This document shows positions 34,501 to 46,317 of a DNA stretch of 64,000 bases, one piece after another. Position 1 is the stretch's first letter; every line of letters starts with the position of its first letter. The notes under the pieces are model-generated. The model saw only the letters and a program-made list of their open reading frames with translations, made no database searches and was not told where the DNA came from. The DNA comes from Plasmodiophora brassicae (Eukaryota), in contig CP145415.1 in the NCBI GenBank assembly GCA_036867785.1, positions 992,001 through 1,056,000 on the forward strand, given 5' to 3'. The position numbers were made by a program, and so were the translations under genes.

Positions 34501-37500
34501 AGGAACGCCGATCCTGATGGTCGTCGCCCGAACGTCGCCGCCGAGGTCCCGCCACGCTCCAGCCCAGATCTGGGGTCGCAGCACTCCAGTCGCCCTGACG
34601 CTCGCGTCAACGTTCCCGCTCAGAACCCCACCCGGTGGAATGCTGACGAACCTGCTGCTGCTGACCGTCCATCGTCTCCGGGATCGCGGCGACCCGACAG
34701 AAGCCGTCCTCCACACGTCGGCCTGGATGGTCCTCGGCAAGGGCAGCCTCCAGTGACGCGCTTCGGTCGTCCCCAGGCCAGTGACTCGCACCCGTCCAGG
34801 GCCAATGATCAATACGTCAAGCCCGACGATGTGAGCAGCAATGACGTTGCTGGGCCTCGCCCTGCGTCATCGCAGCATGCCAGCGATTCTGGGCCCTCCC
34901 GGGACCTGCAGCATAGGCCGGTTATCGACAGCAGACGTCCCCATGGAAACGATCGTGCGGGAAACCCACAAGACGGCAAGCTGGGCCAACATCGTCGTGA
35001 CGCTGCCCCAGAAGCGGTGTCCCATGATGTGCCACGTCCTCCAACAGGTGCAGTCCCTGCCCCGGCACAGGCGTCTCGTGCTGCGCCTCGTTCTCCCACC
35101 AGCGCCGTCCCTGAGCCTGGTCGCGTTCACGACCCATCCGGGAACGGGAACCGGCCTGCCAGTGGCGACACGCGACCGCGTCTCTATCAGGCGCCGCCCA
35201 ATGCGCCCGCTGGTCATGATGACCGCCAACCCATAACAGATCGCCATGGTGCAGGTCTTCACCCTCCACACGACACGCCCCGGAATCAGGTCCCAGATGG
35301 CCATCGCCGAACGTCACCTGCCAATACTGTGCTGGACCCGAATTCGGGTGCGGGTCGACCCGTCCCGGAACACGACGCCGGCCGTCCAGCTGCTGCCAGG
35401 ACCGGGGCATCGCCCGACCTCAGTCGTTCCTCGGGGCCTGTCGATCGTCGTGACTGTCTCGATCAGAGTACTCCATCAGGTCGCCGTCCTGATATGTCCA
35501 ACAGCGTGCCGTCAAGTCAGGACGGCACTGGTGTCCCTCAAGGCCCAAACCGCAATGAGCACCCGGCTGCCAGCCTCCATCCTGATCGGCGAGCACACGA
35601 TCGCGACCCAGATGAACGTCGTCCTCGTCTGGAAGAGCACCACCCGAGCCGTGCTGGTGGCTTGGACGGCCGTCGTGCAGATGCTGACGAGCCCGCCCCT
35701 GAGGATCGTAACCGCGATCCGAAGCCGAGCGGTTCTAGACCTACTCCAGCTGGGCGCCGTCTTCCCGAGCCATCCAGGAACGCGCCTCCGGGTTCTGACG
35801 CCAACCATGAGCCTCGTACGAATCAGCACCTGCCCGAAGATCGTCATCGTCGTGCACCTGCGATCGCCTCTCCGCCAACATTACCAGAGGAGCGCCGTCA
35901 CCGGGAACAGCACCCGCCTGACGATCGCGAGCAGGGTCCACTAGCACATGGATCTAGCCCGGCGCCAATGGAGCGTCGCCATCCAGGGCCATCCGACGAC
36001 GTGCGTCCGATGCCCGACGTCAACATGGAGCCACGTGCCCCTGGCCGCGACCAAGCGAACCCGTCCTCTCCTGCCGCAGGTCATCGTACGTCGTCCCCGG
36101 ACGACTCGCCGAGCTATGCTGCCCAAGAGGCACCTCACGTGAGATCCCTGCCCGGCGCTCGCCATACGAGTGGGTCTTCCCCGACGCCGTCTGGACGTCC
36201 CGGGATGGCCCCGCCTGCCGACGACACGGGCGGTCGTCGTGCGCCCCATGGGAACCAGTCGGGCATGCCCTTCAATCGCGATCACGGCCCCGGATCGTCT
36301 GGCGTTCCAGCGGAGCGTACGTCCCAGAACGCGACCCCAGACAGGAACGAGGACAGCGCTCATCGGGTCCCGTATGAAGCAGCAGCAGCAGCAGTGCCTG
36401 ACAATGGGCACCGTCTGCCAGAGATGAACCGATCGGCGCCTGGCTCCCTCGACCCAGCTGGACGCGATCGCAATGCATCGCCGGGTCAGCGTCGTGACGA
36501 CGGATCGCATCCCAGGGCGCCCGAAGATCGTGGTCATGCTCCTGATGAACGTGGTTATTGTCCAAAGGTGCACCAAGCGAGCTCTGTGCCACCTGCCGGT
36601 CCCGACCACAATACTGCTCATCGTGGCACCCCAGGCCGCGTTCAGAACGGTGATGTCCCGCCACATCAGGAGCCGTCTGCCAGCGGGGGACGACCGGGAG
36701 ACCTGTCGCGTCCGGTGCAGCGCGATCAACAGGATGGTGTCCAGCGACCATTGGGGACGTCGCCGGCTCATCGCGCCCCTATGGCGAGTGCGTCGCCCAG
36801 CAACGACACGTTCGACGTCAGCGATCCCGTACGCCACCATGCTGATGTCGCCCCGGATCGCCAAGGTCGTGATGCCCCTCGTGGAAACGACAACGCGACC
36901 GACCGCCCTGACCGGCGCGTCCGGGAGCACGACCCAGCACAGGGGGATCACAAGAGCAATCGGCATCCGCCTGTGCATGCCGACGTGGCGGACGGGCACG
37001 ATCCCAGGCAGCGTCAGGCCAGTCGCGATCATGACGCCCATCACCCGCAGACGGGTCAGCACCCGGACCAACGTCCAGGCGCGTCAGCTGCTCCACCTGT
37101 CGCTGGCCATCGGGACGACCCGGATCGTCGGTCGCCAGCTGTCGGGCATGGCCGGAACGACGACGTCGACGCTGGCGATGACTCGCGCCGTCCAGCGCAC
37201 AACCGACCGGGCTCCGATCCACCTCGTCATGCAGGATTGCTATCCCGGTTGAATCCTTTCGCCAGGAAGCCTGAGATGCACGCCGTCGACGACGACGATG
37301 CTGCCGATGGCAAGAACGACAGGCCACGTCCGCGTTCAGACCGGACGACGCCTGCGGCGCCTAATGGACCGACCACTCGTCGTCCCAGTGACCAACCATC
37401 TGGACATCGCCTGGACGACGGCGACGTCAAGAACCCTCGTCGGGGACTCTTCTCCCGACTGTCGAACCCGTTCACCGAGGCAGGCGACGACCGTGGACGT

Positions 37501-39293
37501 GATGTCGCTGGTGGAGTGCCTGCCGGCGCCGACCGATACGGCTCCCGTTACGAGCAACCTGATGAAGATCGGATCAACGCGACGCCAACGTCGGGTCGTG
37601 GCCCTTCGACGCCAGTGGAGGAGAACGCAGACCGATCAGGTCCCGTTGATTCGGAAAGGTTTGATGATAGGTGTCGCTTGAGTGCTGATCTGTCCTGACT
37701 TGCTTGCTTCGCAGGCGACACCCCTATCAGCAGCGGCCCTTTCTTGGCGATGACAGGGACCCTGGCGACGGCGGGCTGGTCGACCGCCCCTTTCCACATG
37801 GACGGGACCAGGAAGCACGTTCGATGCCTTCCAACGATACCAGGTCTGGCGACGTCCCCGATCATGAGGACCTTCGCGACGACAAGCGTGACCACGGCGG
37901 CGATCATCGCGACAAGGTTCCCAGCCAACCACCAGCGATGCCTTATGGAGACGCTCCTGCCCCGGTAACATCTGGACGCGAGCGGTCACCGCCTTCGTCT
38001 GGCCGCGCTCAGAACCAGGACGACGGGGCCCATCCTGATCGCCAGACTCACGACGCGAAGGCCGCCGGCATCGACCGTCGTCTTCGTCCTGGCCGAGACG
38101 ACCATTCGAAGCGTTCTGCCGATGTGCCAACGTCGAACGGGGCGGCGCCCTTGTCCGACACGGCTTCGTCTGCTGCTCCAGTTTCCGGTCCTGTACGTCA
38201 GCATGGTGACGCGAGGCGGACGGCTCCTGAGGCCTTCGCGACTCGTCCATCCGATCTGAACCGTGACCCGAACGCTGGCCATCCTAGCAGCGCAGACGCG
38301 GTGCACAACGCGTCTCAAACCGGACAACCTGATGGGCAACGCCCGATCCGTCCATCCGGTCCTAGTGCCGAGAACGTTGGCCGTGCTGGCGGCGCCATAG
38401 CGCCAGAACGAGTTGCCCCAACTGACAACGACGACCTGGGCACCGTCCCGACGGACGGATCGAGTCGGCGTCATCCAGTGTCGAATACCAAGCTGGCCAA
38501 TGGGGACGAACCCGAACCTCGAGGGCGACGACGCCCTAACGCGGCGCCACTAGGCGTCTCGAGACCGACGTTGGCAACGCTGGCGAGGGATGCTGTCGGT
38601 GATGAGCGTGACGATTTCGGTTCGCCTCCTGCAGGTGGATATCAGGACGGACACAGCCCGTTCGACGTTAACGACGCGGTAGGCCGACCTCAGGCGGCTG
38701 CTGGTCACGACGGGTTCCAGCCCGGTCGCGAGCTTGGCGCTCCTGAAGAAGCCGCGAGCAGTGACCGCGACAGAACAAGCCCAAGCGGGAAGGACGAAGG
38801 TCGCCCGGCACCGCCTGCGAAAGGACCTGCTCCACATGGTGCCAATTCGGACGGCGCTGTAAGCAAAGACGCGTTGCGGCCGGCCCCTACCGGTGGTGAC
38901 CTCCACGACCCAACGGATCGTCCACCTTGGTCAGGACCTGAGAAGGAGGTGGCGTCGAAGGCAGGTCCAAGAGGTGACGACGCGGACTCTAAGGCATCTA
39001 CGACGGAGGATCTCCCGGCGAACGCGACGACTGACGAGCGGTACCGCCCGTCCCCACCGACGTTAGCAGGAATGGCGCACGACGCATTGTCAGACGCTGA
39101 GCGACGCGACCGCTCGAACAAGGTCGAGGCTCAAGATGAGCAGACCCTTCCGGACGACGACCTGGATCGTCTCGAGGATGGGCTTCTGGGCACCGAAGAG
39201 CCTGCGTTCGGTGACCAGGCCACAGTCGGCGCCCCGGTGGAAGATGCCATGACCAGCTGCTGGTCGTGGCTTTGTGGTGGCATGGATCAATGA
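31537..39293 (+). CDS. Giant (about 2,570 aa) low-complexity P/D/R/H/G/S-rich protein with a globular N-terminus and internal repeats
   Basis: A 2053-codon ORF joins a 529-codon ORF in frame through a 44-nt GT-AG intron (37671-37714). The protein ends SCWSWLCGGMDQ. Confidence 0.75.
33400..34460 (+). repeat. Three tandem copies of a coding repeat of about 350-360 bp (about 120 aa)
   Basis: GLHD...RQNM...GRQPAVSD...GAGHIP...LAPRYPAHASGP...GNARPVDRH.DPQSASSNGDSMPPPSISHHPDR recurs at about 33403, 33751 and 34111. Confidence 0.92.
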
Positions 39294-39426
39294 ACTGTGC
39301 GGCACGTTGTCTGTTACATTGGGCTTAGACCGTCCACGACAGGCGAACACGTGGCGGTAGACGCGCCGTATGGGCACGTTGGACGGCATCGGAAGGCCAC
39401 TGCCACGACCGACACTGCCCGACAAT

Positions 39427-40326
39427 TTATGTTGCAGGATCCTTCTCGGGATGTGCCGCTGCCGCTCTCGGTTGCTCTTCATCGTCATGGTCGCCCTTCC
39501 AGGCGAGCAGCAGGATATTCGAATCCAGCTCGTCGTCGACCTGGTACAGCGCCACGTCGTCGAACACGGTTCTGAGCGTGTCGGCGACAGCGTTGCTGCG
39601 GTCCAACGCGTTGTCCATGTCGAAACAGTTCATGATGAACGTGGCGCCGGTGCTCTTCAGGACACGGTACGCCTCCGCGAAGAACGTCATCGCAGAGGTT
39701 CTTCCGATCCCTGACTTGGAGCCGATGTAGACGTCGCTGATGACGATGTCGAACGCGTCACTCGGGGCGCCCGCTAAGAACGTGAACGCGTTATCGCATA
39801 CGTAACGAACGCGGACGCCATCGTCGGGTACGACGAATCGTCTGGTGATCTCCAGCGCGTCATTGCTGATGTCGACGGCTGTCAGCGTGTAGTTGATGGT
39901 GCTCTTGCTCAGCAGGAAGGGCAGGGACCCGCCTCCGAGCCCCAGGAGGAGAACGTTCGGCGACGTGGCGTCCTCGATGACCGCCTGCGCTATGGCCTCA
40001 ATGTACTGCAACGTGGACCCGTCGGACAGGTCGATCCAGGTCTGGACAATGTGGTCGGCGCGCTCATCGGGACTCCACTTCGAGTTCACGACCTGAATCA
40101 CGTTCCCGTCCGCGCTGGCGAATGCGGCCAGGTCGGCGCCGCAGTAGACGGTCGTCATTGCATCGGGCGCAGGTGGGCACCGCGGCGCCCCACTTCTCCA
40201 GAACACAATGAAGGACGACACCAGCGCAACCGCGACGCTGCTGAACGCGATCAGGTGTCGCGCCTGGAACCCTCGGTCAACCTGCCGGTTGGGCGTTGTG
40301 GTCGATTTCCTGGCTGCTGATGACAT
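39427..40326 (-). CDS. Membrane-anchored SAM-dependent methyltransferase / spermidine-synthase-like protein, paralog 1
   Basis: N-terminal TM, VLLLGLGGGSLP, LTAVDIS, DNAFTFL, FDIVISDVY and FFAEAYRVLKSTGATFIMN. Confidence 0.8.
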   Translation of the reverse strand: MSSAARKSTTTPNRQVDRGFQARHLIAFSSVAVALVSSFIVFWRSGAPRCPPAPDAMTTVYCGADLAAFASADGNVIQVVNSKWSPDERADHIVQTWIDLSDGSTLQYIEAIAQAVIEDATSPNVLLLGLGGGSLPFLLSKSTINYTLTAVDISNDALEITRRFVVPDDGVRVRYVCDNAFTFLAGAPSDAFDIVISDVYIGSKSGIGRTSAMTFFAEAYRVLKSTGATFIMNCFDMDNALDRSNAVADTLRTVFDDVALYQVDDELDSNILLLAWKGDHDDEEQPRAAAAHPEKDPAT

Positions 40327-40440
40327 TTGGCAAGCAGTTGACGCGCCCAACGCGACGACGGCCAGCAGGAGAGGCCGCAGTGTTATCGAACTGATACAAT
40401 GGGGTTGCTACAGTTTACTCAGTGGCAAGGTGCCCTGATG

Positions 40441-41484
40441 CTATAGGTCCTTCTGGGCGCCATCGTCGCCAACTTGTTTCGTTTCGTCGGCAGGCTTGCC
40501 CTCGTCATGGGCGGCGACCTTCTCTGCGGTGCCCGGCCCCGATTCGCTGTGGGCGTCGCGTTCCGATTCGCTGTGGACTTCGGGTTCCGATTCGCTGTGG
40601 ACGTTGTCGTCCACGTCGGACAGGGGCTGCTTCCATGCGAAGACCATGTAATTCTCGGTCTCGGCGTCGACCTCGTAGACCTCAACGACGTCGAAGACGG
40701 CCTCGAGCGCGTCCGCCAGCTGGTCCACGTCTTCCAAGGCATCGTCCATTGACATTCCGTTGACCATGTAGACGCCGTTGGGCTTCAGGACGCGGTATGC
40801 TTCCTCAACGATCATGCCCGACGTCATGTACTCGACCTGGTTGTCTCCAACGAAGACGTCGTTGACGATGATATCGAATTCCTCGTCGCTGGACTCGCTG
40901 AGGTACGCGTCCTCGTTAGCGTGCACGTACGAGATGTGATCGGCATCGTCCTTCATCGTGTAGTTCCTGGCGAGCTCGATGACCTCGCTGCTTTCGTCGA
41001 CGACGGTCAACGTGTACTGGTCCTTGACGCGCTCCAGCAGGAAGGGTAGGCACCCGCCAGACGACCCCAGCATGAGGATGTCGGGTTCCCTGCCGTCTTC
41101 GGCAATGGCGTCGGCAATGGCAGCATAGTGCGGCAGCGTCTCCAGCGACTCCTTGTTGATCAAGCATTGGACTTTCGCCGGGTCCGCCGCCCAGATCTTG
41201 TTGTGGACAATCTGGACGTTCTGACCGCTGACGAAAGCGCTGAACTCGTCCCCGCAGAACGCCATCTCCATGTTGGGCGGCGCAGCCGGGCAGGGCGACG
41301 GTGCGAACGGCGACATCCAGAAGACGACGACGGTGGCGATCGCGGCAACAGAGGCGCTGATCACAAAGTACCGCAGGTCGATGATCTGCCGGGGAGCAGC
41401 GACCTCATGCGCCACCTTGATCTCCTTCTTGACAGCATCGGAATCGCTGACAGCAGGCGCGGTCGCTTTCGTCGCAACGGCCAT
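40441..41484 (-). CDS. Membrane-anchored SAM-dependent methyltransferase-like protein, paralog 2 (acidic)
   Basis: N-terminal TM, ILMLGSSGGCLP, LTVVDES, FDIIVNDVF, EEAYRVLKPNGVYMVN, and an acidic tail with HSES repeats. Confidence 0.8.
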   Translation of the reverse strand: MAVATKATAPAVSDSDAVKKEIKVAHEVAAPRQIIDLRYFVISASVAAIATVVVFWMSPFAPSPCPAAPPNMEMAFCGDEFSAFVSGQNVQIVHNKIWAADPAKVQCLINKESLETLPHYAAIADAIAEDGREPDILMLGSSGGCLPFLLERVKDQYTLTVVDESSEVIELARNYTMKDDADHISYVHANEDAYLSESSDEEFDIIVNDVFVGDNQVEYMTSGMIVEEAYRVLKPNGVYMVNGMSMDDALEDVDQLADALEAVFDVVEVYEVDAETENYMVFAWKQPLSDVDDNVHSESEPEVHSESERDAHSESGPGTAEKVAAHDEGKPADETKQVGDDGAQKDL

Positions 41485-41625
41485 CGTTCCGGTCTAGATC
41501 CAGGAAGGTATGTGACTCGTTGCGGGCGGGCGAGAACAACGAGGTCGCGCGCACTGAAACGTCAGCACCGGAGCCCACGTCGGAGCGTCACGTTACCGGG
41601 TGGCGCAACACCAAAAAATGGAAAT

Positions 41626-41718
41626 AGCCATCGGCGTGGTTCGAACACGCGCGGGCAAAGCCCAATGGTTACCTTGACGGATTCAAGACCATCCCCTTGA
41701 CCACTCGGGCACGATGGC
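41626..41718 (-). tRNA. tRNA-Ser(UGA) with 11-nt canonical intron (41671-41681)
   Basis: Reverse complement: GCCATCG TG CCCGAGTGGTCAAGGG G ATGGT CT TGA A [TCCGTCAAGGT] A ACCAT, a long variable arm TGGGCTTTGCCCGC, GCGTG TTCGAAC CACGC, CGATGGC T; T6 terminator downstream. Confidence 0.9.
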
Positions 41719-42633
41719 AGTTTCTCGGACTTTGCCCTCACATCTGACCTATAAGTTCGCATAATGTTTCACCGCCGAATAAAACGCAAGGAGCCAAGAC
41801 AAACCGCGATGCCTTCGACGATTTCATGTGCCGCCTAAGTTGACGAGTTCCAAGAGCGCATCCACGGCATCGGCTGGGTGAAGGCCACAAGGAAGCTCGT
41901 CAGACGACAACGACATGTGAGCTCCATGCTGGATATCTTGCCTGACGAGCTTCCCTGTGACCTGTGACTGCCGTTGCCGTGGATATGATCCTGAAGCTAG
42001 TCAACGCGCTTGGCAAATGCGCTTTGAAACCGGACTCGCTCGCCATATCGGCCAAGGACTCCACGAACGGCTCCAAGTCACCCTGGGAACTCGAAATCGT
42101 CGAAGGCTTCGTGGTTCGTCCTGGCAGCTCCACTCCTAGGTACCCCAGCTTATGACGTGCGTGCGGTCTTGAAACGGGTCACGGCGCTTGGCGAATGCGG
42201 TTTGAAACAGAACGATAAGATCTGCCATTCGTTTGCAATATCGGCCAACGATTGCAATTACCATGGGGCATTTGAAATCGTCAAAGGCATCGTAGGTGCC
42301 AGACGGGTGGCGATGGCAGTTAATTCTGCGGGGTACCCCGTTATTCGGTAGGCAATCAGGGATTCGGCACCGACGAGGGCAGCGCCCCCGGAAGCCGCCA
42401 TGCGGACAGAACGACGCTTGCACCGGCAGGGGGGGGGGACGCATGGCAAACGTACCCTTTACAAAGACGACCTGTGGCAAACGGGTGCGAAGGAGACCCG
42501 CCCGTCCATCGTCTGTCCGCGCAGGCCAGGCCGGGGATGGCGGGGGACGTCCACGAGACGAGGACGAAGGCGCCGCGGACGGACGGACCCACGCAGTTCG
42601 AACGTCGCTTCGCAGTGGGAGCGGTCGGCACCT

Positions 42634-45600
42634 ATGTCGGTCGGGGACGACCTGGCGCCCATGCCACTGCCGGCGTCACCGTCGGTGTCGTCGTCGGGCG
42701 CGTCGTCTGACGACGGAGGTACCGCGTACCCATACCATCCGACACGACTGGTTGCCACCCTGCAATGTGCGGGCATCGGTTGCGCGCCTCTCATGATTGA
42801 TGCCCCATGCAGGATCCGGTACTGTATCAAGCGGTCCTTTGGCCCACCATGGAGCTGTCCCGCCAACACCAAACGGCTCCGCACGTGCCGCCCACTCTAG
42901 TCTGGCAAGCGAGACAGCTCTCCGACGACAAGTGTAACGTATACCAGGGGCACGATGTGTGCGCTCACTGAGCCCACGTTACCGTCAGTGTCTGTGTACC
43001 TCAACAAAGTCAGATCTCGGTGCCCGTTTGAAGTCAGCGAGGCTGCCGCGCTGCACCACCTTCAGCAACACGAATATGATGTCGAGCGCGCGGTAGACGC
43101 GCTTCCCTATGATGAGCCAGAAACATCTGCCCGAAATTTCCAATGGGTACCGGGGTCGCTGTGGGCTAGCAGTATCTGGTGCTGAGTGTCCTGCAGGGCG
43201 ACATCTGGATGCGGAAAGTCATCGAGTGTGGTGCTAACCTGGACGAACTCAGTCGAGGATTGCACGCGCTCGAACATGCTGATGAGGGCGTATGGTGTCC
43301 GATGCTCACATCGTCTGCCGCAACTCTGACCCCTTTAATCCAGGAGGTCGATGACATGCTGGTTGATCGATGTCGACAACTACAAGATGAAGCCGTCGAT
43401 TTCGAGGCACAGTTCAAGCAGGCAGTTGCCGACGGAGGTGCTCATCTCGGTAGTGGCAGATCGTTTCCAAACCTTCTATTTGTTCGATAACCCTCCTTGC
43501 GATAGGACGGTTGCGGAAGCTCGTCAGGAGCTACGGAGAGACGGGTACTATCGACACCCCTATGTTTCAGAAGGGGTGCGGCGCTATTCATGCTGCCATG
43601 GCGCTTAAGCGTCGAATGGGTTCTCCTGTGGATTCGTCGCAGAGTCCTGTCGAGGGGCAGCCCATGTCCAAGGACGAGGCGGTCCGGTGGCTTTCGCTGA
43701 TGCAACAGCGCGCCCCTTTCGTTTCCGTTCCGCAGCAAGAAGTGCTTGCAAAGGTCACTTTGTCCTTATTGTCGTCATTGCTGCACTCATTCGTCAGCTG
43801 TAGGCCGCTCAGCAGACCGACTCGCGTGCACATACCGCTGCTCGAGAAAACTTTCCCGGAAAACCGGAGACTCCCTTGAGTCTAACACCAGCGGAACCAT
43901 TCGGTGAAGAGTGTCCTTCACCTGCCTTAGAGCAATGGCAGGAGGCTATCCGCCGCAAAGGGACCTCACGTTTCACTCTAGCGGAATTGGCTGAGTTTGG
44001 CGATAAGCTTGGCCCAAACATGAAGGAGCGGTGTCGGGAGGTCATCATGGGGATCCAGGAAGAGCGCATGCGACTGCGTAGCGAGATCCAATCCCGAGGG
44101 AATGCTTTGAACTTGCAGGACTGCGAACGTTTCATTCAAAGTACTGGCCGCTGTGCGCGTTGTATGGGTGCGCTGGCCGTCACTTACCGTGTCTCTCAGC
44201 GTGTGATGAGCGGTTTTGCTGTGTGACGCCTGAGGAGGCGGCTCTTCGGAAGATTGTCCACGATACGAAGGCGATTCTCGAGAAACTCCTCGCCGTGCAT
44301 TTGCAGTATAAATCAGGATCGGTAACCCCATTCCGCCGTGATTTGTCTTGGGCATGTCGTATTGATTGATATCCCTCTACGTAGTTTATTGATGCCCAGG
44401 CGATCGAGTCGTTCTGTCAGCAGCTGACTGCTGTTAACATCGCTCGCGTTGTTTGGACAGGTACGACCTGTAATGGCATTGCGGATATGTGTTGGCCTCA
44501 GTGGCGCGTCGCAGGGTCCGAATCGTCTTGCGCTGTCACTTGGTTGCGCAACGTTTATCAGTTTATTGTGTCGAGTCGGGAACGCGTCCGATCATTGAAA
44601 ACCCGGCAGGAGGCTATTGAACTGCTTGCTCGGCTGAAGGCCGCCAGAATCAGAGTGCCGGATGTCGAGCAGGTATGCAGTATGCACATGGGCGGCATTC
44701 TGGAAGCCGTTGCGCTTCCCGGGCAACCCAGTCCGGAGGACGTTGCGTTTGACAAGCAGCGTCGCGAGCTGGCTGACTTGTTGAAATCCAAACCGTCCAC
44801 CGGCAAGCTACAGTTGTTCCTCCAGTCCATGGACAGGCGACCTTGCGCAGAGCGCTCCGAAGCCGAGGCCCGGCTGCAGGCAGGTCTACAGTGGATACAG
44901 GAATCACTTGCCGTCCTGGACGGGTCGCAGAATGATCCCGAGGTATGGTGTCTTGCGAGGATGGCTCCGATGTTGCGCCCCCTCACCAAGCGCCGCAGAT
45001 TGCCAAACAAATCGCGACAGGCAAGAAGCTCCCTGTGGACGTCACGCAGATTATGGCGCGGCTTCAGACGAAGAGTTGGGAGAACCGGTGGCTGACGAGC
45101 GTTGTCGCTGCCGACGACTTGGCCGAGCAGACCCGCCTGTACAGGCAGGCTCAGAGCAAGTGCAGCCCCCGGATTGCCAACACGCTGAACATTCTTGGCC
45201 AGCACCTGAAGACTTGCTATACCTGGATCAACTCGGTAACCCCACCCATGGCGTACTTGTCGTGGCGACGATGAATATAACGTTTGCACCGCAGGTTCGC
45301 GCCGCGATGGTATCTGCGTTTGGAGCTGCCGAAGGCTATCAAATCCTCGGCGGCAAGTCAATAACTGACATTTCGCCTGCAGAGGTTCGCGTGCTCGGTT
45401 CGGTTTGACTCTCCGCCATTCTGAGTTGTGGTCACCAGTGCGTCTGTCGGCGTCGTTCCCCCAATGCGGAGCGTACCAAATGCACGCAATGCAGCCTGCT
45501 GTTTCACCTCCCGTGTACCGGCCTTACCGATCGAGTCGACAGCTTTGTCTGCATCCGATGCTCGGTGGGCCAGGGCCGTCCTTATGTCGGGCGCTACCCA

Positions 45601-46089
45601 CCAAGGGTCGACCGTCTTGGTCCACGTGGACCGCAACTCACCGCTCTTCTTCATTTGCAGAAGTCTGCTCCTCCCAACCTGAAGTCCAACGAACGGTCCA
45701 TGTTCGATGCGTTTATCGAACGAGGTGTCAAGTGGGCCATGTCCGTTCGCGCTTCTCTGGCCAACGCGGACGTCCAGCGGCTGCAACTACTGTATTTCGA
45801 GGGCGAACAAATTCGCATCGAAATCGGTGAACGAACCCGACTGGCATCCCGCATACATGACATGCTCGATGGCAAGGTGAGCATTTCTGATGTCGCTGCT
45901 CATGATGCGAAGCTGGGCAGCGACGTTCCGGTCGGGGTACTGAAGCGTTCCGACTCCCACATCTCCCTTTCTTCATCTGATTCTTCGAGCTCGTCGTCGA
46001 CTATCAGCGCAGCTCGCCATTCGTCCTCTGCTGTTCGCAGCATTGGAACTTCGTCCATGGTCGGTGTCGACCCTCGTACCGTTGTCTAG
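42634..46089 (+). CDS. Chromatin protein with ELM2-like domain, long helical region and PHD finger, multi-exon
   Basis: Spliced ELM2-like TRLDPVLYQAVL...LVWQARQLSDDK..SVYL...AALHHLQQHEYDVERAV, and PHD CLC...CTQCSLLFHLPCTG...FVCIRC at about 45440-45565. Confidence 0.65.
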
Positions 46090-46317
46090 TCCATGGACTC
46101 CCCATTGTCTGTCATATATTCTACATCCTGCCCGTAATATGCGATATAAACCAGAATAACCTGATTTAGCTTGGGAAGTGAATGCTCTTCCTGCCTCAGG
46201 CCATCACAGCCCATGCCCTCCACCACGTCTCGCTGATGAAGTACCTAATCTGTCTAACAGATGGCACAGTCTTCGAAGCCAGGTTGTGATAGACAATGGT
46301 ACAGAGGATATAGCAGT

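Noticed and set aside
33119-37252. Overlapping alternative-frame ORFs in the giant gene
   Set aside because: Explained by the repeats and composition of the main frame; there is no independent evidence.
41626-41718. Selenocysteine or opal-suppressor tRNA
   Set aside because: The anticodon is UGA (reads Ser UCA), not UCA, and the acceptor and T stems are canonical 7/5.
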